Of a stretch of DNA of 64,000 nucleotides, positions 11,349 through 22,258 are shown piece after piece. Numbering within the stretch: the first letter of the stretch is position 1; the number at the start of each line of letters is the position of its first letter. Location: positions 96,001 to 160,000 of the forward strand of contig CAVZDU010000006.1 in NCBI GenBank assembly GCA_963774265.1, given 5' to 3'. The notes beneath the pieces were generated by a model. That model did not search any database. It was not told the DNA's origin and worked only from the letters and a program-made list of their open reading frames with translations. The position numbers and the translations under genes were made by a program. This DNA comes from an uncultured Chloroflexia bacterium (GTDB lineage: Bacteria; Chloroflexota; Anaerolineae; CG2-30-64-16).

Positions 11349-14300
11349 TCACCGGGTCATGAGCGGCAAATACTGCCATGGCGCGACGACCAACACATCC
11401 AGTGTGGCGGAGTTATTGCCGGGCGCGCTGTCGTTGACGCTTTGCAGCACCTCGGCGTACAGCCGGTGCGGCCCGAGCTCGGTCGGCACCCAGTCAACCC
11501 AGACCGAGGTGCCCTCAGGGTCAGTGTTGCCGGTGGAAACCCGCTTGGACGCGATCAGCACGCCGTCCAGGTCCGGGTCGCCATCGTAGAGCATCACGTA
11601 GGTTGAGTCGAGATTCCGCGTTTCTGAAGTGATCGTGATGCGAACGGGCAGCGGCCGGTTGAGACGCGCCCGGACGCTGCCGGTAACGATCTGACCCTGC
11701 ATGTCGACGGCCGCCACTCCATCTTCCGGCATGCCGACATGGTCCGGGATCACCGCGCCCGGCAGACCTCGCCCGATCCGCGAGACCCTGACCGTGCTCC
11801 AGCCCTCGTTGTTCTGGCCCGGATCGATGCAGGTCCCGTCCAGGCAGTACTCAGGCTCCTCCGTCCCGTTGGCCGGGGTGTCGTAGGTCTCCGTAACGAG
11901 GTTGTCCGGATCGAGTCGCACGTAGATCCGGTACTCCTGCACATTGCCGCCCGAAGCCCCCGTCGTGTCCCATTCAACCCAGGCGGTCACCATCTCCTGC
12001 GAGGGGATCTGGGGCAGGGCGTAGCAGCCGATCTTGTTCGCAGGATCCGACAGCAGGTCGAGCTCCACGCGGTTGGCGTCGTCGAAGCGAATCTTGTAGA
12101 AACAAGCCTGGGCGCCATAGGGCGTCGTCGCGTAGTCTCCTACGCTGTAGTTGTAAACGCGGGTTTCCAGGCGCACGGTTGCGCCATCTTTCACATCGCC
12201 CGGGATATGGTCGTATTCGTTCGTCACCGGGTTGATCAGGCTCGTGCGCACGAAGAAACCGCGCATCTGTTTTCGGCTGGGGAAAGTGTTCACCTGCCAG
12301 TTGTCATCCTGGACGGTATAAAAGCGGGCCGGCAGGTTCAGCGCCAGGTCCGGCAGCTTGTACGTGTCGCGCCAGAAAGTCTGCCCGTAACTGCTCCTCG
12401 TGGGATCCACGGCGAACATCGCCTTGATGGTGCCGTCGGTGGTCGTGTAGATCAATGGATAGAAAGCGTAGGCGTAGATGCTGGCGCCGGGCGTCTGGTT
12501 CAGATAGATCCCGGTGGTTTTGCTGGTGAGGTAACTGCTGGTCGCATTATTGCCCCAACTGTAGTTCCCGTGCATCTCGACCCCAAGCTCTCCGGTCGCA
12601 GTCAGGCCGCTGCCGAAAGCCTCCGCGGTCACCGAGGCCGACTGGCTGATGGAAGCATTTGCGCTGAGCGTGTGGGAGGAGCTGTATTCGGCGCCGGTCT
12701 CGCCCGCCTGTGTGAAGGTGAGCGGCAGCTCGCCGCTGCTCCCGCCGGTTATCCACTCGCTGGGTGGATACATGAATTCGGAGACGACCGTGCCATTCGC
12801 CGCGAACGCGCCCATGTCGGGTGGGGTGACGATGTTCGGGTTGTCGCCGCCGGTGATTTTGAAGCGCCTGGGATACGATAGAATGTTGCCGTTCTCGTGG
12901 ATCGGCTGGTACCAGTCGTAGTCGAGCCCCCCGCCCTTCGTATTCATCGCGACTTCGCCGAACGGGCCCGGCAGCACGATATCGAAGTGCGGATAGACGC
13001 CCGGCGTCTCGGTGGGCAGCCCGTAGACGCGGTAGCGCCAGATATCCATGGTCTGCTCCCGGGCCACGATAATGTCATCGCGTTCGGTCTTGCCGCCGAA
13101 GCTCACTTCCCGCGTCTTATAGCTCTTCTCGTAGCTGCCACGCGCGTTCTGGTAATCGTAGCCGATGGTTGCCGACACCGCGGTGGTCACCGATACCTCA
13201 GCCTTGGCCACGCCAATGTCCCCACCCGCCTTGGCCGTTGCGCTCGCGGATGCCTTCACCGAGCCGCCGACTGCCCACGACGCCTTGTCGCGGGTGTCAC
13301 TGCTGGTCTGTTGCCCCGTCTTGCTGAGCAGCGATACGTTGAAATTGTCGAAGCGGCTGATGTTTTCGATCTTCTTGCCGTCCCAGTAGGCGTGTTTGGG
13401 CGGCTCCTGCAAGATGAAGTCCGCGCTGATCAGCTTCTCGATCGTGAAGTGCACCGGCGCACCCAGGTACACCGTGTCTCCGTCGCTGTCCACGGCACTC
13501 AGCGCCAGCTGGGATCCCAGGGTCGCGGCAAAGGTGGTTGTGCTCTCCACGAAGGACTGGCGGACCGGCGCAGCACCGGGCGCAGTCTGGAATACGGACA
13601 GGTACCAGTTCGTGCCTTGCCAGGTTGCCAGCGCCAGGGACCAGGTTGGGTCGCTCGGTCTGAGCGCGCCACGGAAGCCGCCCGCTGCAATCCGGAACCC
13701 CCCATTCGGGTCCTGGCCCGGCAGCTGCCAGGGCGGGTTCACCGTCGCGAGGAGGTCGGTCTGCAGCTCGATGGTCCTGACTTCGACAACCCCCGGGACA
13801 GTACGATAGGCGACTGCCAGTTGCCGTCGGTTGGCGGTCCAGCCATCGGCCGGGTTTGCGCCGAACTTAAACAGTCCCGCGGTCAGCTCCACCCGCCCGG
13901 TCGCGCCGTCGATGGCGCCCGTCCTGAGGATGATGTTTCGAACGGGGGTGACGGACAGGAAGGCGTCGCCCGTGAACCGGAAGATCCGCACGTTCACGTC
14001 TCGCCGATTCAGCGGCGAGTAGTAATAGGAGGTGGCAATCGCCAGATCGGCCCGGCCATCACCATCGAAATCGCCCGCTGCAGCCGAGAGCGCAGCAAAA
14101 GAACCGCTGGTGTCCAGCTTGACGGAACTCTTGCCCACAACGGACAGCGATCTCGACACCACCACACCTGTGGCCGGATTGCGCGTCACGGTGTAGCGAA
14201 ACACGTCGATATACAGCGTATCGGGTGCAACCACGTATGCCACCGCGATCTCCTGGAGACCATTGCCATCGAAGTCGCCCGTTGCCACGGTCACCACGTT

Positions 14301-15023
14301 GTTCGGAGGGTAGGGCTTCGCGTTGGTGACGTTGGTTGCGACGGGGCTGCCGGTCGTGGAAGCCGTCGCCGATGAGACCGGGGTCGGCGTCTCCGCTGTT
14401 GCGGCGCGGAAGTCGAGGACCGCGACCTGTAAGGGCAGCAGGCCCATCGCGCTCTGCGGCTGGGCATAGGCCACCACGAGCTCATCGCGATTGTCAGCCC
14501 TCTCGGCTTCCGCAGAGGGGATGCCATCCAGGTCCCCGGATGCAATGGCATAGAAATCGGTGGAGCCGGCGAAGCGAGGCGCCAGGTTCTGCAGGGTGTA
14601 AGATGCGGCCGGATGCCCGTAGAACCGGATATCCAGGTTCGTGGCATTGCGGTACGCCAGCGCGACCGAGTCTCGCTCCGGAGTCAGGAAATGCCCCTGG
14701 GCCGCGGCGACCGCGTCGTGCTGATCGGCCGCATCGATGTGCTGGACCTCCTCCTTCAAGGCGAGCGATGAAAGGTCGCTGGCAGCCTCATAAATCCGTG
14801 AATAGGGCGCACCTCCTTCCGGCAGAAGTGGCGTCATCACGAAGATCTCATCATCCGGCCATCGAGCGTAGTTCTCAGCCGGATCGACTGCGCCAGGCCG
14901 CTCCGCCTGGGCTCCGGCTGGCAGTGGAGCTGCCAGCATGATGCAGAACATACAGATGCCGAAGACAAACAGGAGCACGTACGGATGGAGTGCACGCCCC
15001 TTGAACAATAGACCCAGGTTCAT
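11349..15023 (-). CDS. Large secreted protein with FG-GAP/VCBS-like repeats, a Ser/Thr/Gly-rich central beta region, CARDB-like Ig domains and a C-terminal YLPL motif
   Basis: AAGGAGG RBS before ATG 15023; signal peptide; GDLDG, GDFDGNGLQEIAV, GDFDGDGRADLAI; ends ..NNSATLDVLVVAPWQYLPLMTR. Confidence 0.8.
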   Translation of the reverse strand: MNLGLLFKGRALHPYVLLFVFGICMFCIMLAAPLPAGAQAERPGAVDPAENYARWPDDEIFVMTPLLPEGGAPYSRIYEAASDLSSLALKEEVQHIDAADQHDAVAAAQGHFLTPERDSVALAYRNATNLDIRFYGHPAASYTLQNLAPRFAGSTDFYAIASGDLDGIPSAEAERADNRDELVVAYAQPQSAMGLLPLQVAVLDFRAATAETPTPVSSATASTTGSPVATNVTNAKPYPPNNVVTVATGDFDGNGLQEIAVAYVVAPDTLYIDVFRYTVTRNPATGVVVSRSLSVVGKSSVKLDTSGSFAALSAAAGDFDGDGRADLAIATSYYYSPLNRRDVNVRIFRFTGDAFLSVTPVRNIILRTGAIDGATGRVELTAGLFKFGANPADGWTANRRQLAVAYRTVPGVVEVRTIELQTDLLATVNPPWQLPGQDPNGGFRIAAGGFRGALRPSDPTWSLALATWQGTNWYLSVFQTAPGAAPVRQSFVESTTTFAATLGSQLALSAVDSDGDTVYLGAPVHFTIEKLISADFILQEPPKHAYWDGKKIENISRFDNFNVSLLSKTGQQTSSDTRDKASWAVGGSVKASASATAKAGGDIGVAKAEVSVTTAVSATIGYDYQNARGSYEKSYKTREVSFGGKTERDDIIVAREQTMDIWRYRVYGLPTETPGVYPHFDIVLPGPFGEVAMNTKGGGLDYDWYQPIHENGNILSYPRRFKITGGDNPNIVTPPDMGAFAANGTVVSEFMYPPSEWITGGSSGELPLTFTQAGETGAEYSSSHTLSANASISQSASVTAEAFGSGLTATGELGVEMHGNYSWGNNATSSYLTSKTTGIYLNQTPGASIYAYAFYPLIYTTTDGTIKAMFAVDPTRSSYGQTFWRDTYKLPDLALNLPARFYTVQDDNWQVNTFPSRKQMRGFFVRTSLINPVTNEYDHIPGDVKDGATVRLETRVYNYSVGDYATTPYGAQACFYKIRFDDANRVELDLLSDPANKIGCYALPQIPSQEMVTAWVEWDTTGASGGNVQEYRIYVRLDPDNLVTETYDTPANGTEEPEYCLDGTCIDPGQNNEGWSTVRVSRIGRGLPGAVIPDHVGMPEDGVAAVDMQGQIVTGSVRARLNRPLPVRITITSETRNLDSTYVMLYDGDPDLDGVLIASKRVSTGNTDPEGTSVWVDWVPTELGPHRLYAEVLQSVNDSAPGNNSATLDVLVVAPWQYLPLMTR

Positions 15024-15152
15024 GGTTGCCTCCTTGGCGCGAACGCTTGCTTGCACTTCTCTCAGTGTACACCCGTTTGTCCGGTTTGGATACAGCGAAT
15101 TGCGAAATCTGGCGCATGCGCGTCCACGATCTGTTTCAAGAGGAGTATTGGC

Positions 15153-15186
15153 GCAGTCACCGGAAGGTTGCACTCCCGGTGACTGC
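15153..15186 (-). terminator. Stem-loop downstream of the vWA gene
   Basis: GCAGTCACCGG..CCGGTGACTGC inverted repeat about 15 nt after the stop. Confidence 0.55.
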
Positions 15187-15200
15187 TCAGCGGGGATGCA

Positions 15201-18200
15201 CTACTGCCTGATGACCAACGGCAGATACACTGTGGACCCTGCCGCAGTCCCATAGATGCCGCCGCCGACAATCTCGCCATCGACGCGCTGCACGACTCCC
15301 AATGACGTCGCGTCGCCCGGCGCCGCCCCGAGCTCCAGCCTCAAGGACCCCGACTCCCCGGCGCCCAGCGGGATCCGGCCGAGCGTGGCGCTGATGACCC
15401 CATGACTGCCGGAACTTCCCACATCCAGGAGCACCGCGTTGGTGCCGGGGATCAGCTGCGCACCTGAAAGATCGCCGCCCGCATCCAGCCACCGGCGGAA
15501 GAGGGTGGCATCGCCAAACTCGACCATCGCGGTGCCACCGCGTGGAAAGACCGCGGAATTGAAGCTGACATCCGCATGCGCCGGCGCTCCCTTGGGATTC
15601 GCGATGATGATGGAGCTATCGTGATGTGTGGATTCCGGGTCGAGCACGTGGATGTTGCGTTGACACAGGTTATTATCGAACGGAACCAACCCCTCATACC
15701 TCACAGGGTCTTCCGCTGAGTGCACGCGCGCCAGGAAGCAGTAGTGGCCCGAGAGCGGCGGAATCCATGGCAATGACACGACCGCCGATGCGCCAGGCGC
15801 AAGACTGGCGATGTTGGCCGTGCCGACGGGCGTCCAGCCGCCCGGCCAGGGGATCGCTGCAGCGCCTGCCGCCCAGTACAGGTCGACCGCGATCGAGGTC
15901 ATGGTGGCGGTGCCACGGTTGCGGACCCGGACGTACACGTAGTTCGTTTCGCTGCCGCGAGGGTTCTGATGCTCCTCCACACCATCGGGCAGATAGCGCA
16001 CCCAGATGTCGGGGCTCGCCCACCAGGACTCACCGCGCGTATTCGAAGGGATCGTGCCCGCGTCACCAGGATGGTCCTTGCAGAAGACATCCTTAAGTTG
16101 GGATGTAACCGTCACGCACGCGGGCGGGTAGTCCAGTTGGGCGGGGTTCCCGCTGGAGTTGGTGTAGGTCGCCCGGGTGGAGGCGTTCATGCAGAGCAGC
16201 CCCGCGGGGGTCGTGGCAGGCACCCGCACCCGGTAGCCCACCGTCTTTGTCTCGCCGCGGCCGATCACCGGGAACTTCCAGACGATCGTCTTGCCCGAGA
16301 CGCTGGCGGGGCTCACCGCGCCGAAGAAGGAACCCGGCGTCAATTCCACTCCGGCCGACAAGACGTCCGTCAGGGCCAGATCGATCGCCGGCATACCTGT
16401 CAGCGTGCCCGCGATCTGCGCATAGATCCGGTCAAGCTCATCGCTGGTGGTCGCGTAGTGGTAGTCAGACGGCGAGGAAGCCAGGCCGCGCAGCTCGGCC
16501 TCGTCGATGCTGCCCAGCCCGATGGTGATGATGCGCGTGCCCTTTGCCTTCGCTGCCGCAGCTACGGCCGACGGGCCCGGCCCGACATTATGCTGTCCAT
16601 CCGTCATCAACACGATCACAGGCCGATTGGCGCCGAAGTGCCGGATGCTCTCCAGCTCCTGTTGGGCGACCGTGAGGCCCTCGGTGATATTCGTGCTGCC
16701 ACCCGACGCCAGTGCATCGATCGCAGTGCGCACCGGCCCGGAGGACTGCGTTAGCTGGTGGTCCAATCGTGCCGAATCCCCAAAGGACACGAGGCCCGCC
16801 TGATCGCCTCCGGCGCTCAGGTCCAGCCGATCCATGAAGGCCTTGGCTGCGTTTTTGGCGTCCTGCAAAGGTTTGCCGGCCATGCTGCCCGAGCGGTCGA
16901 CCACCAACATCACATCGGCGTGCCGCTCGCTGACCGGACAATTGTCGCCTCCGGTGACGGTCAGGATCACGGTCGCTTCCTCACCGGCCTTCACCTGCTC
17001 GGGGCTGGCTTTCTTGATCCCGGTGATGGTGCAGACCGGCGAAATGGCCAGCGCATACTCCACATCCGTCTGGACGGCCGCGAGCGCATCCACCCCGAGG
17101 CGCTCGGCCGCCATGTCGAAGCGCAGCTCGGCCGGGAAGTCGCGCACGAAGTTCATGCCGGCAAACTGCTGCACGTCGGCCAGGGAGGAAACGAACCCCT
17201 GGAGTCCCCACAGCGCTGTCGGACCGCTGGCGCTGACTGCATTATAGATATCGTGCGACACGTTCCCGGCATCGTTGTGGACGGTGCTGTCGTGGCCAGG
17301 CAGGTGCGAGGTCAACACGCCATTCAACACTCTGCCGGGAGCGCCGGATTCCGCCTTGTCGTTCAGATTATCGCTGACCGCTATGCGGCGGCCTACCAGG
17401 TCGATGCCTGAGGAGGTGACGAAATGGCCGCCGACCCGCTGCCAGGTCCCGGAATCGTTCGTCCAATATCCGAGCAGCAGGAGGACGTTCTCGGAGCGGG
17501 CGACCTCTTCGGCCACCCATTCGAAGGTGGGCTTCGCCACCAGTTTGACATCGTATTGGGCGCTGAGCCCACGCTCAGCCAGGAGCGCAAGCACCGCCTG
17601 GTGCATGTCCGTAATATAGGTGCCCTCCCACGTGCCGCCGGTGCGCTGGCCGTCCGTATCCATGCGATACGCCAGGTCCGCCACCAGCGGGGGCAAGTTG
17701 CGGGGGTCGTGATCATCCCACACGGTCGCGTTGAAGGATTTCACCAGGGGATAGTTATCGTTGATCGCCGGCGGCAGGACAGGCTTGGGCTCCAGCTTCG
17801 AGTCAAACCACCACAGGCAGTCGGCCAGCGCCAATGGTCCGCAGTAAGACCAGTTGCCCGAGCGCGGATTTTTCCAGTTGTCCTGGCGAAAGTCGAAATC
17901 CGGCACGCCATTCGGGGCGTAGTCGATCCAACCTCCGGCCTTCCAGGTCATGCGCTCCGGTTCGCAGGTGGGGGGCACCGTGATGGTGTCATGTTGCCTG
18001 CCATAGACTGCGCCATCGCCCACCGCCTTGAGTTCGAAGTGATACACACCCGAAGGCGTCCCGGAGGGAACGCAGGATCCCGGACCTTGAACGTGACGGT
18101 TAGCCCGCCCGGAGGAACATCCAGGTTGACGTAGACGGGGGGCTCCGAAGTGATCCACGACTGGTAGGATGCAGGATCCGCGATGAGCTCCAGGCGGGAG

Positions 18201-20683
18201 ATTCGCCGGCTCGCGCTGGTGATCAAACTTTGGATCACCGATGGCAGATTCGCAGCATCGCTGAGGGGCAGCGCGTCGCCTCCGGCATTCGTCCAGCTCG
18301 CCCACTGCTTCCAGTACGTGACCAGGTTCGACTGGCTGGTGCTCCCGCCTCCGCTCACCACATAGAGCAACGTGATCCCCTTGGCCTTCAGCGCGTCCAG
18401 AACGGCCTGGAAGTCCAGGTCGTCCGCCGTGCCCGGTGCGCCATCGCGTCCCGGATCGCGCACGCAGCCGGCCGATGTATTGCCGCACCAGGTGCTTCCC
18501 GGGCTCACAGGCGGGCTGGCCACGCGCTCGTTCAGGTTGTTGTCATGGGGCACATCATCGCCGAACATGATCACGAAGCGCCGGGTGTCGGATCGCCAGC
18601 CGAGGGACGGGTCCGAATAGGTTTCGTAAAGCGCACGAGTGTAGGCTTCGGGATAGTCGTCGCCGCCGCCGGCGCCGGTGGCGTTGATCGCCGCTTCAAC
18701 CGCGGAGCGATCTCCCGTGATGCTCTGGCGGAGCTTGTAGGGCCAGTCGCCCGAGTTTCCATAGGGTGCGATGGGATAGTCCCGCAGGTCCACGACGCCG
18801 AACTGGATATCCGGGATCACCCCTGCCAGATTGGCCATGATGGTGAGTGCGTTGGACTTGGCCGAGCTGAGCACAGAGCCCATGCTGCCGGTCGTGTCGA
18901 AAACAAACAGCACGTCGGCCTTTGCCGGCGCGGCAGGGATGAAGATGGTTTTTGTCTCCTCGACGCACTCGCCGGGACACAGTGTCGCTACAAGATCCGG
19001 CGGGGTGGCGGAGGGGCTTGCTGTCGACGTGGCCGTGGGCGTTCGCGTCGGGGTGCTGGTGACAGTCTGCGTTCGCGTCGGGGTTGCGGTGGGCGTGCGC
19101 GTGGGGGTGTCAGTCACCACCGGCGTGACAGTGCCGCATGTCGGGTCGATGCGAATCGGGATCTCCCGGTAGTCGTTCTGCGTGTTGCTGCAGACATCCG
19201 AGACCAGGATCTGAATCTTGTAGTCACCCGTAGTCGCGGAACCGGGGACCGGCAGCGCGAAGACAAACGGGTCGACGGAGCTGCCATTGATGACTTTGGT
19301 CTGCGTGGACCCGACAAGATTATTGGTGGCCGCGTCCAGGACGTTCACCTCGACCCGCACATCCTGGCTCGCCAGGGTCGTATCCACCTCGACCATCAGG
19401 TTAATCGTCGAGCCGGGCCAGTAGCAGGTGCGATCGGGCGCAGCGGAGGTGATGGATGCCGCGCCTCCTCCTCCGCCCAACACCAGTTGGCCCCAGTTGA
19501 CCGCTGTGCACCACCACCCTTCCGGATCGCCCGGGTCCTCGCAGTTGCTGGTGTTGATGCGAATCTGGGCCAGGTTGGCGCCCGTCCTCACCAGAGACGG
19601 ATTGACATTCAGTACGGTGGTGCTCCAGACTTCGTTGGCGCCTGTCAGTTTGCCGATATTCGTTCCGTTGAGATAGACCTGGTCGACCTCGGCGCAGGTT
19701 GTGTCTTGCTCGTCGACATCGTATACGCTCAGTGAGAGCTGGGCCTGGCTGAAGGCGGGCGGGTTCTCGACCATGAGACGGAACTCGATCGGATGCAGAG
19801 GATCATTGCGGAATATGCATGCGGGGTTTGCAGGGTACATATCGTAGTCCGGAGACCCCGTCCCCGCGTTGTTCTCATTGTCCGCGGTGGTGATATAGCT
19901 GCGCGAGCTCGCGCCGGGGCAAACCGGAGCACTCGTATCGGCGCGCAAGACGACCTCATCGACGTAAGCACCCTCATAGGTGGTGGCCGAATCGCTGCGG
20001 AACCAGAACCCGATCCACACTTGAGGTTGACCGAGCAGGCTCCCCAGGTTGTAGACGTTGGCCAAATCAAACGTGGCCGAATTCCAGCCGTTGATCGCGC
20101 CGGCTTCATTTGTCCAGTCACCATACCAGCAGCGACCGGAGAAATCCTCCCCGTTGACGGAGGCGAACAAGCACATGTCGTCGTGCTTGCTGGCGGGGTC
20201 GTTGACGCCGTCCCATTCTGTCTTGGTCCAGTGGCGGAAAGTCACCTCTGCGGCAGTGACTCCGCTCAGGCTGAACGGTCCGTAGATCATCTGTCCGTTG
20301 GCGCCGTTGGGGTACGGTCCTGGCGGCGCAACCCCCAGGCTACCTGTCAAGGCGCCGTAAGCGCTATAGCTGCCACTGCTCTGCCGGTAACTGGTCCGGC
20401 CCCAGGTCGGATTCCCGTAGAGCGTCCAGCCGGATGCGGGGAAGGTTCCCTCGAAGCCTTCGGTCATCAGATTGGACCAGGCAGCGGGGGCGGCGGAAGG
20501 ACCGGATGGAAGAGGTGCGACTGAGGCCAGACTCTCCAGCGATGCCGAGCCGGGGGCCGATCCTGCAACCGCAGCATTGTCGTGACCGTCCGACCCGAGT
20601 GGCTTATCGGCGGACGCCGGCAGGAACAAGACAACAAGCACCAGGCCGAGAGCGACGAGAGCAAACACGATCCGTGCCTTCAT
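15201..20683 (-). CDS. Giant secreted multidomain protein (~1800 aa): beta-sandwich, vWA, C39-like peptidase, second vWA, CARDB-like; frameshift near 18070
   Basis: Signal peptide; ADVLFVFDTTGSMG and ADVMLVVDRSGSM..VLMTDG MIDAS motifs; TPTRTPTATPT linker; SYCGP..GGHFVT; WASPDIWV; C-terminal VYLPLVIRQ. Confidence 0.8.
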
Positions 20684-20926
20684 GGGTGTCCTCCTTGTGG
20701 ACCCAACCTCTTGCTGTACACAGCCGGAAAAGCGCCGGCCGCGCCTCGATGGACTTGTCCAAATGTGCGAGATTGCTGCGAGAGTCGAACGTGTGGCCCG
20801 CTTCGGGCTGTGCCGGGAGACCGTCCGGCGATGTTATGAGCGAGTGATCACTACAACATCATAGCAGATATCTGCCGAACAATACCTTAAATTAAGTCAG
20901 CAGAGTCAAATCTTGGAGAGACGGAA

Positions 20927-21219
20927 TCAGCCCTTGGCCAGCGTGATCTCCGTGGCCGGGACGAGCATCTGACGTTCAGCCTGCAGGCCCTGCTGCGCCA
21001 GGGCGTCCCCGTACTCAGGATGAAACACGAACCTGCCTTCTCGCACGATTTCGCGGTCCCAAGGGTTCATTATCAGCGCATCGGTGATCAGACCGATGTA
21101 GTCCGGCGGGTAAGCGTCTCGCCGCTGTCGCAGATTTCGTCCACGATCAGCACCCTCCGGCCGGCGACTTCGGCCGGCGGCTCGGTGATCCACTCAGGGC
21201 TCCGATATTTCACGACATC
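20927..21219 (-). pseudogene. Phosphoribosyltransferase fragment (no N-terminus, internal gap)
   Basis: Manual translation PPAEVAGRRVLIVDEICDSGETL (PRPP-binding motif), then a frame change to PDYIGLITDALIMNPWDRE. Confidence 0.65.
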
Positions 21220-21225
21220 AGGGCA

Positions 21226-22146
21226 TCACTTCAGGTGCGCGTCAAACCAGTCGAGCAGGTCCTGCTGCACCTCGTCACGGCAGGTCTCGTTCAGGATCTC
21301 GTGCCGCGCGCACTCATAGAACTTGTGGGTGAGGTCCTGAATGCCCAGCTTGCCGTAGCGCTCGAGGAGCACGCTGACGGCCTGCGTATTGCCGCCGACC
21401 GGATCCTCTTCGCCGGAAACCACGTAGATGGGCAGCGTCACGGGGATGCGGGCCTCATTCTCCGGCCGCCAGGTATCGCGCAGCCCCCGCATGAAGTCGA
21501 CCACCAGCGAGCTCTTGAAGGGGAAGCCGCACCACGGGTCGTCGACGTACTTCTGGACTTCCGCCTCGTCGCGGCTCAGCCACTCGAAGCCGGTCTTGAT
21601 CGGCGCAAAGGGTTGGGCAAAGCCGGCGAACATGCCTATGAAAAGGGCGGAGGGTTGATCCTGGGGTTCGGCCTCAACCGCGGCAATGATCGCATCGTGG
21701 TTCGGGAAGAAACCCGAGGTGCCGCTCAGCACGAGGCCCTTCAACTCATCGCCCCAATGCTCGGCATAGGTCTGGCCCAACATCGACCCCATGCTGTGGC
21801 CGAAAAAGAACACGGGCAGGCCGGGATTCTGCTCCTTGATGATCCCAGTCAGTTGATGGAGGCCGGCGACCATGCCGTTCCAGCCGTCCGAGCCCGCGTC
21901 GCCGGCCTTCTCCAGCGTGCCGGCGGTCATGCCATGGCCGCGGTGGTCGTCCGCATAGACGACGTAGCCCGCCTCGGCCAGGCATTTGGCGAACCGCTCG
22001 TAACGGAGGGAATGCTCGGACGCGCCGTCCGCGACCTGGACGGCAGCCTTTAGCCCTGTCCCGGCGGGTGGCGCCCACTTGCGGACGAAGATCTCGAAGC
22101 CGTCGCGATCGGTGAAGGTGAAAGTGCTTGCGATTGGGGTAGTCAT
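21226..22146 (-). CDS. Alpha/beta hydrolase (lysophospholipase/monoacylglycerol lipase family)
   Basis: DHRGHG, FGHSMGS nucleophile elbow, GEEDPVG, RHEILNE. Confidence 0.9.
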   Translation of the reverse strand: MTTPIASTFTFTDRDGFEIFVRKWAPPAGTGLKAAVQVADGASEHSLRYERFAKCLAEAGYVVYADDHRGHGMTAGTLEKAGDAGSDGWNGMVAGLHQLTGIIKEQNPGLPVFFFGHSMGSMLGQTYAEHWGDELKGLVLSGTSGFFPNHDAIIAAVEAEPQDQPSALFIGMFAGFAQPFAPIKTGFEWLSRDEAEVQKYVDDPWCGFPFKSSLVVDFMRGLRDTWRPENEARIPVTLPIYVVSGEEDPVGGNTQAVSVLLERYGKLGIQDLTHKFYECARHEILNETCRDEVQQDLLDWFDAHLK

Positions 22147-22207
22147 ATTGTGTCTCCTTTCGACGTTGATGGAGCTAGCAGGCGCGCGGCCGCGCGCCTG
22201 CTCCTTT

Positions 22208-22258
22208 GGCTGATCTTCGATCACGGCTGATCTTCGATCACGGCTGATCTTCGATCAC
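22208..22258. repeat. Perfect 17-bp tandem repeat x3
   Basis: GGCTGATCTTCGATCAC three times; it overlaps the stop of the upstream membrane gene. Confidence 0.95.

Noticed and set aside
19000-19130. Thr/Pro coding repeats as a DNA-level mobile or regulatory repeat
   Set aside because: They are explained by a low-complexity protein linker with synonymous variation.
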